NCBI GenBank assembly: GCA_963666485.2
Contig: CAXXUO010000001.1
Span: 288,001 to 352,000, forward strand
Source of the DNA: Syntrophorhabdaceae bacterium
GTDB taxonomy: Bacteria > Desulfobacterota > Syntrophorhabdia > Syntrophorhabdales > Syntrophorhabdaceae
DNA length: 64,000 nt
Direction of reading: 5' to 3'
The notes below the pieces were generated by a model, which was not told the DNA's origin, searched no databases, and saw only the letters and a program-made list of their open reading frames with translations. Below, in pieces: positions 11,370-20,671 of this stretch. Position numbers and translations under genes: made by a program. Every line of letters starts with the position of its first letter. The first letter of the stretch is position 1.

Positions 11370-12503
11370 TCATGCGATCTCAATCATCAGGGGGGTGCTC
11401 TCAAGCCCTGGCTTAATAACGATGAATCCGTTTAGACCGGGAGAATAATACCTCTCGTGCAGTGCTTTTTCATCCTGCGAGGAGGGGGCATTTTCGTTGC
11501 TCCATCCGATCAATCCGTACAGCCTGTTCTCCCTGTGAATGATCATGGGGTTGTTCTCGAAGAACTTGGCCACTTTTTCAGATATCCGGGGGATAAAGAA
11601 AAAGACCGATGACCGGGGATCGCCGTCGAGGTAAACCTCGGCCCCCCATTTCCTTTTCGTGACATAAACCCCGTCGTCGAAGAAAGGGCGGCTGCGCATC
11701 AGGTCTACCCTGCGGATATTGTGTTCCAGTGCATATTTAAGGGTAAAGTAATACTGGGCGGATGAAGCACCCCTTTTGACATATTCGTCGTCTCCATCCA
11801 GAATGCCCGTCCTGACAAAGAACAGGGTGTCGTCAACGACCTTGCAGAGGACGCCTGCGACTGTCCTGTCTCCTTCTTCGATCAATAACAGGAAACCCTC
11901 CCTGAATAAATTCTTCATATGTTCGTACGGGTCGAGGTCCGCGAGACCCTGAAATCTGTTCCGGATATGAGGTACGTGCATCCGCGTATAAAACAGGTCG
12001 AAATCCTTTATATCGTTGCTGACCCGGCAGGCAAAAGCCGGCCTCCTGTCCATCTTGTTATAGAACCGCCTTTTGTTGTCACGCATTCTTTTCTTGAGGA
12101 CGTCCGCACCGCCGGAGGTGTCAATGAATGACCGGACAAGCATGTGGCTCTTGAACGTCACCTGATTTTCCAGGTCGAGATCATACCCCAGGGGGAGGAC
12201 CGCAATACACATATCGATGTGGTTTGCATATCCCCTGAGAATTGTCTTGAGAAGAGGGATCCAGATCCGGCTTTCCTTCCGTACAACGGGAGGACCGTCA
12301 TACATGCGCGGTATGATATATCCGCTCAGCGGGGTATTCTCCACGAACAGGCAGCGGAATGTTTCATTCATGCCCTTCAATCTTCCTTCGATCAATTTGG
12401 CACGACTGAAATACCTGGACAAGGTCGGATACATCCTGGCCTTCAGTTTCCCGACGATCCCGGCCCTGTTATCGACCTGCTCAATCTGAGAAAGCTTCGC
12501 CAC
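11370..12503 (-). CDS. GNAT/FemAB-like acyltransferase-fold protein
   Basis: 377-aa ORF; LLLIEEGDRTVAG, VDLMRSRPFFDDGVYVTKRKWG resemble Acetyltransf_6-type C-terminus. Confidence 0.6.
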   Translation of the reverse strand: MAKLSQIEQVDNRAGIVGKLKARMYPTLSRYFSRAKLIEGRLKGMNETFRCLFVENTPLSGYIIPRMYDGPPVVRKESRIWIPLLKTILRGYANHIDMCIAVLPLGYDLDLENQVTFKSHMLVRSFIDTSGGADVLKKRMRDNKRRFYNKMDRRPAFACRVSNDIKDFDLFYTRMHVPHIRNRFQGLADLDPYEHMKNLFREGFLLLIEEGDRTVAGVLCKVVDDTLFFVRTGILDGDDEYVKRGASSAQYYFTLKYALEHNIRRVDLMRSRPFFDDGVYVTKRKWGAEVYLDGDPRSSVFFFIPRISEKVAKFFENNPMIIHRENRLYGLIGWSNENAPSSQDEKALHERYYSPGLNGFIVIKPGLESTPLMIEIA

Positions 12504-12747
12504 GAATGCACTCCTTTCCCCGTAAAAGGGGCGTTAGACCATGTTTTGATAAATATATAATCAAAAGTCAGGAATTTATGTCGTCAAAACTACGAAATAA
12601 TTCGTACGCATTTATGATGACATTCATTTTTTCTGCCTGGCCGACACTTTTCTTTCAAGGCCGGGAGGATCGCCCTGCCTGGACAATACCCGCCTTAAGC
12701 TCATTGCCGCGTTGTTATTTTCCGTTACGTGGCGGGTCCACGGTTTT

Positions 12748-13467
12748 TTATCCAGGATGGTGCGGATCCCAAAATGGGCCCGTTTTCCCCAGTTTTTGGA
12801 ACGCTATGATCATTTCCGGCCCGTATTCCTTGAGGTGCGACAAATAATCGTGCTCCATTCTTTTCCTGAACAGCGGGCCGCTAAAGACCGTTGCCCAATC
12901 AGGCAGCGGCATGATCGAATCCGCTGAAATGGGATCGTACGATGACCATTTCTTCGCATGCTCTTCCGACCGGAAGAGGTTCATGCGGCTTCAGGCCATG
13001 CCCCAGGGCACTTCCTGTGTCAGTGCCTTGGCAAACGGGACGTTGACATGCCCGACCACGGACGGCGGGTCTATCCCGATTATGCGATCGTCCCGCATGT
13101 GCACGCGGATCGGCTCGCCGCAATCAAGACAGCGTGTTTCAATAAGGACGTCTTTTCCGGGAAATAGCCAGCGTACCGCCAGCGATTCCATCCCTCACTG
13201 GCCGTACCACTTCCGGACCCCTGCTATCGAGATCAAATAGTGGGTAGGGACATTCGAGAACGGCGCCCACGATTCGATATAGTCGGTATCCTTGACAAAC
13301 CAGCACGCCACCGCAGATTGGGCAGCCTTGTGCTGTATATTTCTTGCTTCTTCAGGCGGTAATCCCAGGATGTCCCCGAGTTCGGTATAATGAGGCGCCC
13401 TACCGGTCTTTATGAAATGATCTAACACAGCAGTATATGCTCGCTGAACCAATACATCGTTTTCCAT
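12748..13467 (-). CDS. MerB-like organometallic lyase, predicted selenoprotein with two Sec (U91, U159), 239 aa
   Basis: ORFs 13195-13467, 12991-13191 and 12748-12984 are in one frame separated only by TGA: WYGQ-TGA-GMESL and PWGMA-TGA-SRMNLF; aligns by eye with MerB WCALD and FCCHVHFF; final stop TAA; GGAGGAG RBS at the start. Confidence 0.85.
12955..12987 (-). promoter_or_regulatory. SECIS-like hairpin after second UGA
   Basis: UGA-AGC-CGCAUG-AAC-CUCUUCC-GGUC-GGAAGAG-CAUGCG; perfect upper and lower stems, GG-led loop 19 nt from UGA. Confidence 0.8.
13159..13194 (-). promoter_or_regulatory. SECIS-like hairpin after first UGA
   Basis: UGA-GGGAUGGAAUC-GCUGGCG-GUA-CGCUGGC-UAUUUCCC; G-led apical loop 18 nt from UGA. 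Confidence 0.7.
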
Positions 13468-13604
13468 CGTCTCCTCCTGTCCAGGGTAGGGAATAGAACA
13501 CGTGTGGTGGACGAAGAGTATTATTCCCTCGTGAAAACGTATGGTTCTTCGTATCGCCTGTCAAGGCCGGTCCGGAGACAGAAGAATGAGGCAGAGGATC
13601 TATA

Positions 13605-14279
13605 TCACATCTTTTTGAGGGTGACCAGGTAGAGCCTTTTCGGCAACCCGGTTTCTTCAAATTCCTCGATATCTATGACATCATAGCCTTTCGCCAGACG
13701 TTGAACCGTCTCCCGGTCAAAGAAATGCACGACGAAGCCGCCCGTGATCTCCCACATGTCATCACCGTGGTCCGCCCCCGTCCGATAGTGAGGGTCGTCT
13801 GCATTGCGCACGGTGTATATATTGAGTCCGCCCGGTTTCAGGATACGGCGGACCTCACCCGACAATTCTTCAAGCTCGGGGGTTGTAAGGGCCATGCAGT
13901 AAAGCATGTGGGAATAGCAGGCGTCGAAGATACCATCGTCAAAGGGCAAAGTCCTCCTCACATCGTGACATGTCGTCCCGACCAATGACGAAACATTATG
14001 GGCCTTCGCTTCCTTCATGACCGCATCGAGCCCTTCCTCGCTATAATCAAGGGCACAGACCTCAAAACCCTGCTCAGCGAAGAAGATGGTATCGCGTCCC
14101 TGTCCACTGCCCAGCTCGAGGACCCTTCTCACGCCCCGGGCCTTAAAAAGATCGCAGGCCTTCACGGCGGCATAGCTTGGCTCATTCCCGAACATCTGCG
14201 TGTGCTGAACGAACATTCTCTGCCAGTGGCCCCGCTGACCGTTCAGTACGTTCCTGTCCTTTTCATCGCCGTTATCCAT
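13605..14279 (-). CDS. class I SAM-dependent methyltransferase
   Basis: VLELGSGQGRD motif I, FDACYSHM, RILKPGG; start could extend to 14324. Confidence 0.88.
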   Translation of the reverse strand: MDNGDEKDRNVLNGQRGHWQRMFVQHTQMFGNEPSYAAVKACDLFKARGVRRVLELGSGQGRDTIFFAEQGFEVCALDYSEEGLDAVMKEAKAHNVSSLVGTTCHDVRRTLPFDDGIFDACYSHMLYCMALTTPELEELSGEVRRILKPGGLNIYTVRNADDPHYRTGADHGDDMWEITGGFVVHFFDRETVQRLAKGYDVIDIEEFEETGLPKRLYLVTLKKM

Positions 14280-14391
14280 TCCGCCTCCGGGCCCGGCCGC
14301 GATCTTTGCGGACCATCCGGCCATTTCATCATTCTATTATAGCAGGGTGCCCCTTAAGGTACATGCGGCCCATTTCCCGGTCAAGATATCC

Positions 14392-14420
14392 TTGACATAA
14401 AAAATGGTGCTTTCTATACT
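14392..14420 (+). promoter_or_regulatory. sigma70-type promoter upstream of pilT pair
   Basis: TTGACA-17 nt-TATACT. Confidence 0.65.
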
Positions 14421-14538
14421 TTACGCTATAATTCTTGAAAAGAAGCGCAGCTTCATCTTTTTTCTCCTGTACCTGATTTAAAGGACATCTCTCGCAGCAC
14501 AGGAATAATTCAAATCTTCTTTGACGTGGAGACTTTTT

Positions 14539-15618
14539 ATGGCTGAGCTGGATGAAGTACTGATCGAAGCGACGAACGCCAGGGCATCGGACCTGCACCT
14601 GGTACCCGGAGAACCTTTTGTCATCCGGCAATTCGGGCGCCTGATAAAGATGGAGCGCCCCTCCCTGGCCCGTGAAAAATGCGAATTCCTTATTTATGAA
14701 CTTCTCGATGACGAACAAAAGGAGGCCCTCGACAAGAGGCTCCAGCTCGATTTCGCCTATCAGATAGACGGGGTCGCCAGGTTCCGCGGCAGTGCGATGC
14801 GGCACCATGCAGGGATCAGCGCATCCTTCCGGATCATCTCATTCGAGATCCCTACATTTGAAACCCTCGGCCTCCCCGATACGATGAAAAGGATCATGGA
14901 CAATCACCAGGGACTGGTCCTTGTGACCGGCGCGACCGGACAGGGGAAATCGACAACGCTGGCGGCCATGGTCGATTACGTCAATACGAACCGGGCCCAT
15001 CACATCCTTTCAATAGAAGATCCTATTGAATATGTTCACCCCTGGAAGAAATGCGCCGTCAACCAGCGGCAGCTGGGCCGTGACACGCTGGCCTATGCCA
15101 ATGCTTTGCGGGCCGCGCTTCGCGAGGACCCGGATGTCATTGTGGTGGGCGAGCTCAGGGACCTCGAGACGATCGCCCTCGCCATTTCCGCGGCGGAAAC
15201 GGGCCATCTCGTCCTCGGGACGCTGGCCACGTCGAGCGCCCCGAAGACCATTGACCGCATCGTCGATTCATTCCCGGCCGGGGAACAGGGGCAGATCCGG
15301 GCCATGCTGGGCGAATCGTTGAAGGCGGTCATCACCCAGAGGCTTATCCCGCGCGCCGATCTCACTTCGATGGCCCTGGCGCTGGAAATATTGATCGGGA
15401 CGCTTCCCATGGCCACGCTCATCCGGGACGGAAAGGTCTTTCAAATCCCCTCGATGATGCAGATGGGAAAGGCTCTCGGCATGCAGATCATGGACGAATC
15501 GATCATGGCGCTGTTTCAGTCAAAGGCCATCAGCGCAACGGAGGCATACCTGAACGCGAACAACAAGGCCCCTTTCAAGCCGTTGATGGAAAGAGAAAAC
15601 CAGACCAGAACAAATTGA
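14539..15618 (+). CDS. pilT: type IV pilus retraction ATPase PilT family
   Basis: ASDLHL, GATGQGKSTT Walker A, EDPIEY, ALREDPDVIVVGELRD, ETGHLV. Confidence 0.9.
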   Translation: MAELDEVLIEATNARASDLHLVPGEPFVIRQFGRLIKMERPSLAREKCEFLIYELLDDEQKEALDKRLQLDFAYQIDGVARFRGSAMRHHAGISASFRIISFEIPTFETLGLPDTMKRIMDNHQGLVLVTGATGQGKSTTLAAMVDYVNTNRAHHILSIEDPIEYVHPWKKCAVNQRQLGRDTLAYANALRAALREDPDVIVVGELRDLETIALAISAAETGHLVLGTLATSSAPKTIDRIVDSFPAGEQGQIRAMLGESLKAVITQRLIPRADLTSMALALEILIGTLPMATLIRDGKVFQIPSMMQMGKALGMQIMDESIMALFQSKAISATEAYLNANNKAPFKPLMERENQTRTN

Positions 15619-15645
15619 CCGACATACGCAGGGAGCGAAGGCGAC

Positions 15646-16707
15646 ATGGCCAGAATTGACGAATATTTTCGGGAGATGAAAGATCGCGGGGCAAGTGACC
15701 TGCACATGGTGATCGGCTTTCCGCCTTTGTTGAGGCTCAGGGGGGAATTGTCCCCGACCGACCACCCGGTCTTGACGGCTGAATCAAACCGGGACCTCCT
15801 TTATGAAATATTGAACGAGGAACAGCGGTCTACCCTTGAAAGCAATCGCGACTTCGACATGGCTTACGAGATAGAGGACGTCGCGAGGTTCCGCTGTAAT
15901 TTTCTCTATCAGCAGCGGGGCATCGGCGCGGTATTCCGGCTGATACCGACAGATATCCTGACCCTGGAGCAGCTGCAGATGCCCCCGGTGTTGAAATCGA
16001 TCTCCATGCTGAAGCGCGGGCTTGTGCTGGTGACAGGGCCGACGGGAAGCGGGAAATCGACCACGCTGGCGGCGATGATCGATTACATCAATGAAATGCG
16101 CGATGCCCACATCATCACGATCGAAGACCCCCTGGAGTTCGTCCACAAGAATAAGAGGTGTGTCTTCACCCAGCGCGAGATCGGGACCCATGCACTGAGT
16201 TTCGCCGATGCGCTTAAGGTCGCGGGCCGCGAAGACCCCGATATTATCCTGGTAGGCGAAATGAGGGACACGACCACCATATCGCTCGCACTCACCTGCG
16301 CGGAACTGGGCATTCTCGTTTTTGGCACCCTGCACACGAACAGTGCTGCCAAGACGATCGACCGGATCATAAACGCCTTCCCGGCCGAACAGCAGGAGCA
16401 GACCCGTACCATGCTTGCCGAGTCTTTGAGCGCGGTTGTGGCCCAGCAACTGTTAAGGACTAAGGATGGCAAAGGCAGGTGCGCGGCGATCGAGATCCTC
16501 ATCGGGTCCACCGCCCTTGCCACCACGGTCAGGGAAGGTAAAATATCCCAGATCAATTCAATTATCCAGACAGGTTCTTCGATGGGAATGCAGAGCATGG
16601 ACCAGCACCTTCTCCAGCTTATCAGGGAGGGACGGATAACGGCCCGGGCAGCCTATGAAAAGGCTCTGGACAAGAAACCTTTCGAGGCCATGCTGGGACC
16701 GGAATAA
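15646..16707 (+). CDS. pilT: type IV pilus retraction ATPase PilT family (second paralog)
   Basis: GASDLH, GPTGSGKSTT, EDPLEF, REDPDIILVGEMRD, GTLHTNSA. Confidence 0.92.
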   Translation: MARIDEYFREMKDRGASDLHMVIGFPPLLRLRGELSPTDHPVLTAESNRDLLYEILNEEQRSTLESNRDFDMAYEIEDVARFRCNFLYQQRGIGAVFRLIPTDILTLEQLQMPPVLKSISMLKRGLVLVTGPTGSGKSTTLAAMIDYINEMRDAHIITIEDPLEFVHKNKRCVFTQREIGTHALSFADALKVAGREDPDIILVGEMRDTTTISLALTCAELGILVFGTLHTNSAAKTIDRIINAFPAEQQEQTRTMLAESLSAVVAQQLLRTKDGKGRCAAIEILIGSTALATTVREGKISQINSIIQTGSSMGMQSMDQHLLQLIREGRITARAAYEKALDKKPFEAMLGPE

Positions 16708-16725
16708 AAAGGGGAGGAACACAGG

Positions 16726-17172
16726 GTGTATCTGCAAAAGCTAAAACACAGGGCAGCCCTTCAGTTAAGTGACGGCACGAAACTCGACGTCAATTTCTTT
16801 CTGGACCTTTATGCAGAGAAGCACTCGGGAAAAGAACATATCCTGGACGTACTCAATTCTGATCTTGCATTTGTCCCCGTGGAAAATACCGGCACGGGAG
16901 GGATCTTTTTCGTTAACAAGAATACTCTCGTGTCCGTGGAGGTCCCCGAAAGAGACCTTGAGGACGAGGTGCTGCTGAACCCGGAGAAGAATGTGCAGGT
17001 AGAGTTGACGACCCACGAGACCCTGGACCTGTGCATTTTCATGGAAATGCGCGAAGAAAGGTCCCGGGTGAGCGATTATCTCAATTTTTCCCCTGAATTC
17101 ATCTATTTTTGCGGAAAGGAAAGAGACCTCATCCTGAACAAGGCTTTCATATTCTCCGTGAAAGATCTCTAG
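16726..17172 (+). CDS. hypothetical protein co-transcribed with pilT pair
   Basis: GGAGG RBS, GTG start; two internally similar halves (DVLNSDLAFVP..FVNK / DYLNFSPEFIY..ILNK). Confidence 0.7.
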   Translation: MYLQKLKHRAALQLSDGTKLDVNFFLDLYAEKHSGKEHILDVLNSDLAFVPVENTGTGGIFFVNKNTLVSVEVPERDLEDEVLLNPEKNVQVELTTHETLDLCIFMEMREERSRVSDYLNFSPEFIYFCGKERDLILNKAFIFSVKDL

Positions 17173-17329
17173 TCTGCAGCACGCACCCATTTAATCGTTC
17201 GCTCCCCGTAACAGATATCCGGATCGGGAAAGAAATGGCCTGGTTCTGAGTTGCTCGATAAGCCGGGCATCAACGCCTCGACGCAGAGATATTTGGGCCG
17301 CTGATCATGAAAGGTGCTATTCTATATGC

Positions 17330-17713
17330 ATGGCGGAAGCGCGGGGGAGAAAAAGGATACTGGTCGTGGACGATGATGAGCCGCTGGCCGCGATGATTGG
17401 CCAGATGGTTCGCCGCATGGGTTATTTATCTGTCGTATGCTGCAGACCCACTGATGCGCTCGCACTCTTTTCAGGGGCTTCGGCCAGGTTTAACGCGGTG
17501 ATACTGGATGAAATGATGCCTGACATGAGGGGGACCGAACTGATCCCCAGGCTTCTCGAGATAAAAGAAAATATCCCCATAATCCTGATGACGGGCCATG
17601 GCGACATGCTCTCGCTCAAGCAGATCAGGGAAAGCGGGGCGCGGGCCACGTTGCTCAAGCCTGTATTGAAGATACGCCTTCAGGAAACCTTATCGAGGCT
17701 GCTCGGGCCATGA
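17330..17713 (+). CDS. single-domain response regulator receiver
   Basis: ILVVDDD, ILDEMMPDMRG, ILMTG, LLKP. Confidence 0.9.
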   Translation: MAEARGRKRILVVDDDEPLAAMIGQMVRRMGYLSVVCCRPTDALALFSGASARFNAVILDEMMPDMRGTELIPRLLEIKENIPIILMTGHGDMLSLKQIRESGARATLLKPVLKIRLQETLSRLLGP

Positions 17714-17867
17714 ACAAAAGATGCGGCGTCATACTACGATAGTGCTCCAGCCTGTCACTGAATACGATTACAACGGAATAGTTGTTTTAACGACAGACAG
17801 TCCCCGGGGCTTGTAATACATTCTGTTATAAGGCGATGGATGTAAAGTCGCAATCGCCAGCAACAAA

Positions 17868-18599
17868 GTGCCCATCGCATCGGGGGCTGCGGCCATGGTA
17901 GAGCGGAAAGCTTTTTTACAGATAACAAAGGCAATGATCCTCGGCTTAAGGAACAGCCTCACCGACCCGCGCGTGAGGATCAAGCAAAGCATATTGAAAG
18001 AGCTTGCCGATATCCTTGGAGCAGAACGATGCGTGTTGTTCAAGATCAACCGTGAGGGGCTGAACGGGTCTTTTAGCGAGTCATGCGAGATCATAGCCGG
18101 CGTGCCGGCTGAAGAATACATGGTGCAGCCCGGCAACAAAGAGCCCCTCAAGGCCCATCCTGACATAGAGGCGGCGATTGCAAACGGTAAAACATTGTTG
18201 ATCAGGGACCCTCATACTGACTGTCGGACCGCCTATTTTGAAGACATGCTTATAAAAAAGGATGTGTCGCAGATCCTCTATATCCCCATACACATTGAAC
18301 AATGCGGGAAAGCGGTCGGGGTCATCGTTATCGACGGAATTCATGGCAAGCAATTCGAAGAGGATGAAATACTCTTTTGCTCGGAAGTAGCGGAGCTCAT
18401 CAGCTTGCTGGTCGGCCAGGAAGCCGCAATACTGCAGCATTTCAGGGACGGGATAGTGAACAGGATAGTCCCCCTGTCAGGTTTCGCGAGAAGAATGCGC
18501 GAAAACATGGAACTCACGCTGGACTATCTCGAGATCATTCACCGGGAAACTGAAGAGATCGACAAGATCCTGCCGAAAACACCCGAAGAAATACTCTAA
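17868..18599 (+). CDS. GAF domain protein
   Basis: LGAERCVLF, ILYIPI, VGVIVID, FEEDEI GAF pattern; short C-terminal helical region; start uncertain. Confidence 0.75.
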   Translation: MPIASGAAAMVERKAFLQITKAMILGLRNSLTDPRVRIKQSILKELADILGAERCVLFKINREGLNGSFSESCEIIAGVPAEEYMVQPGNKEPLKAHPDIEAAIANGKTLLIRDPHTDCRTAYFEDMLIKKDVSQILYIPIHIEQCGKAVGVIVIDGIHGKQFEEDEILFCSEVAELISLLVGQEAAILQHFRDGIVNRIVPLSGFARRMRENMELTLDYLEIIHRETEEIDKILPKTPEEIL

Positions 18600-19807
18600 A
18601 ACCCCGCAGCGGCCCTGGCGTCACGGCCGGCTTTTTTCATCAATGCCGCCTGATCGGTAAGCAGGTTGGCGATATCCCAAACATTGAAGTAGACGATCGT
18701 TGCGACATCCGCCGCAGGATCGTACATCATCATAGACAGGTAGCCCTGGTTCGCGCCCGTGTGCCCATATCCGAGACCGTCACTATGTTGTATGCCCAAC
18801 CCGTAGGTACCCTTGTGCTTCACGCTCTGAGGAGTGGGCGTCATCATTGTGTTCACCGCCGTAGAATTGAGGCCCGCCTCGCCCCTGATAAGCCGCCTCG
18901 CCCATCGGGCGAGATCGGCCGGCGTGGAGGTGATGTTTCCCTCACCGATGTGTTTCGACATGTTATCTTCTGTCACGTCCTGGGACTGCCCGTTATGATA
19001 TGCGTATCCCGGGTTGAAAGGGGGAGGGATCTTCGTATCGGTCCCGAGCATGGCCACCGAGGTGGAGGAGAGCCCGTTCGGTGTGATCAGATTTTGCACA
19101 AGGAACTGATCATATGACATCCCTGACACCCGCTCGATGATCTTCGCGAGGATCGAGTAGCCCGTGTCGGAATAATGATAGTCTGCCCCGGGCGTAAAAT
19201 GCGAGGCCTGGCAGACAGCATTGACCCCGGCGAATTCGTCAGGCGAGAACTGGTGGTACGGGTCTCTTGCTTCGACGTAGTCAGCGTAGGATTTGCCCGC
19301 ATATGGGGCCGGACAGGTGGAAGGGGCCGGATTGTTGTCTGCATCGAAGACGCCGCCGGTATGGGACAGGAGCTGACGGATGGTGATGCTTTTCTTGTAA
19401 GGAATGTTATACCTGTCGGTCTCAGGCACGTAGGGAACTCCCCGGCCCGGGATAAGGGAGACGATGGTATCGTCGATGCGCAGTTTTCGCTGCTGTTCAA
19501 GGAGCATGACCGCTGCTGCCGTGAAGGTCTTCGTAATACTGGCGATCCTGAAGCGGGAATTCTGATCGACTCCGGCGGACATGCCTGAGGATGCATAGTA
19601 ATTACCGGACGGGGTTTCAAGATAGACGGCCATGCCGCCTATCGGGAGACTGTGGGCCTGCCTGTACCGGTTCCAATTCTCGTCGACGGACGCCTGAACG
19701 TTTTTTGCGGCCGAGATATCGTGACGCTTAGCGGAACAACCGGCAAGAACGACGATAATGAAAAGGACCGTTGCAATCGATAATAATTTTTTCCGGTGAC
19801 AGAACAT
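18596..19807 (-). CDS. serine hydrolase, beta-lactamase/D-alanyl-D-alanine carboxypeptidase family lipoprotein
   Basis: FRIASITK (SxxK), LLSHTGG, YSDTGY, GHTG; LAGC lipobox. Confidence 0.9.
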   Translation of the reverse strand: MFCHRKKLLSIATVLFIIVVLAGCSAKRHDISAAKNVQASVDENWNRYRQAHSLPIGGMAVYLETPSGNYYASSGMSAGVDQNSRFRIASITKTFTAAAVMLLEQQRKLRIDDTIVSLIPGRGVPYVPETDRYNIPYKKSITIRQLLSHTGGVFDADNNPAPSTCPAPYAGKSYADYVEARDPYHQFSPDEFAGVNAVCQASHFTPGADYHYSDTGYSILAKIIERVSGMSYDQFLVQNLITPNGLSSTSVAMLGTDTKIPPPFNPGYAYHNGQSQDVTEDNMSKHIGEGNITSTPADLARWARRLIRGEAGLNSTAVNTMMTPTPQSVKHKGTYGLGIQHSDGLGYGHTGANQGYLSMMMYDPAADVATIVYFNVWDIANLLTDQAALMKKAGRDARAAAGF

Positions 19808-19925
19808 GACCTTTCCTCCCTGCACAGACTGACTTCGTATCACAAGAGGCCGTTCTTTTCTGCTTGAAAGGTGAAACATGAAATAATTCCATCCACACGC
19901 GTTCCCGATGCCCCCCCGGGCCAAT

Positions 19926-20516
19926 CTAGTCGGATGTATCCCACGTCTTCGTGCGGGAACTGTACCTCTGCCTCTGATAAACGAATTGTGTACAGAGGAG
20001 CGTGTATTCCCCATCTTCCGTTGACAGGAAATAGCGCATTCGCGGTTCCGCTTTTCCCGGTTTGCACCCGGGGACAGCGGGAAGGTATTCCGGGACCAGA
20101 TCGTCTATGGCACCCGGGTAACGGCCCGCCTTGCCATGGTATGCGCTGAGCGCCTCTATCACGGGCCTGGCAGCCTCTTTCATGACCCGGTCCGGCGGCG
20201 TTATCCACATCATGACGATCGTGAATCCGAGGATGGCAACGCAATAGATGGCTATCGCCGTGAGGCATCCGGACAGGGTCCGCCTGACCATCTTCCGGGC
20301 CGGGTCCTTCCTCTTCCTGTTCACGATGGCCTGGACAAGACGCCACACTGATATCCCGAATATACCGCCGAAGATGATCGCGACCGGGATCCTGTCGGCA
20401 ATGTTTTCGGGTTTTACCGCGAACACCGAGGCAGCGAACAGGGCCATGCCGCCGAGAACGGACCAGAGCCAGGAGAGCTTTTTTGCAAGGGAACCGGGTG
20501 ATCTGTCATTGTCCAT
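19926..20516 (-). CDS. membrane hypothetical protein
   Basis: Three hydrophobic segments; YPGAIDDLVPEYL pseudopilin-like motif in C-terminal part. Confidence 0.6.
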   Translation of the reverse strand: MDNDRSPGSLAKKLSWLWSVLGGMALFAASVFAVKPENIADRIPVAIIFGGIFGISVWRLVQAIVNRKRKDPARKMVRRTLSGCLTAIAIYCVAILGFTIVMMWITPPDRVMKEAARPVIEALSAYHGKAGRYPGAIDDLVPEYLPAVPGCKPGKAEPRMRYFLSTEDGEYTLLCTQFVYQRQRYSSRTKTWDTSD

Positions 20517-20585
20517 ACCGGGCAAGGGCCTCCGTCTCCATTTTCTCCAAATCGACACATTTTCGCAAGGGATAAAATAGCGAAT

Positions 20586-20671
20586 GGGGGTCAGGTCTTG
20601 CAATGTCACATTTTTCTGGATGATTTGCAGCCTATCACACGCAAAATGTGTTAATGCACGACTTGGCCCCC
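20586..20671. repeat. MITE/REPIN-like element with degenerate terminal inverted repeats
   Basis: GGGGGTCAGGTCTTGCA...TGCACGACTTGGCCCCC; sister copy at 24010-24093 and half copy at 21874-21904. Confidence 0.7.

Noticed and set aside
12748..13467. Pseudogene interpretation of the MerB-like locus
   Set aside because: Both stops are TGA, in frame, at catalytic Cys positions and followed by SECIS-like hairpins
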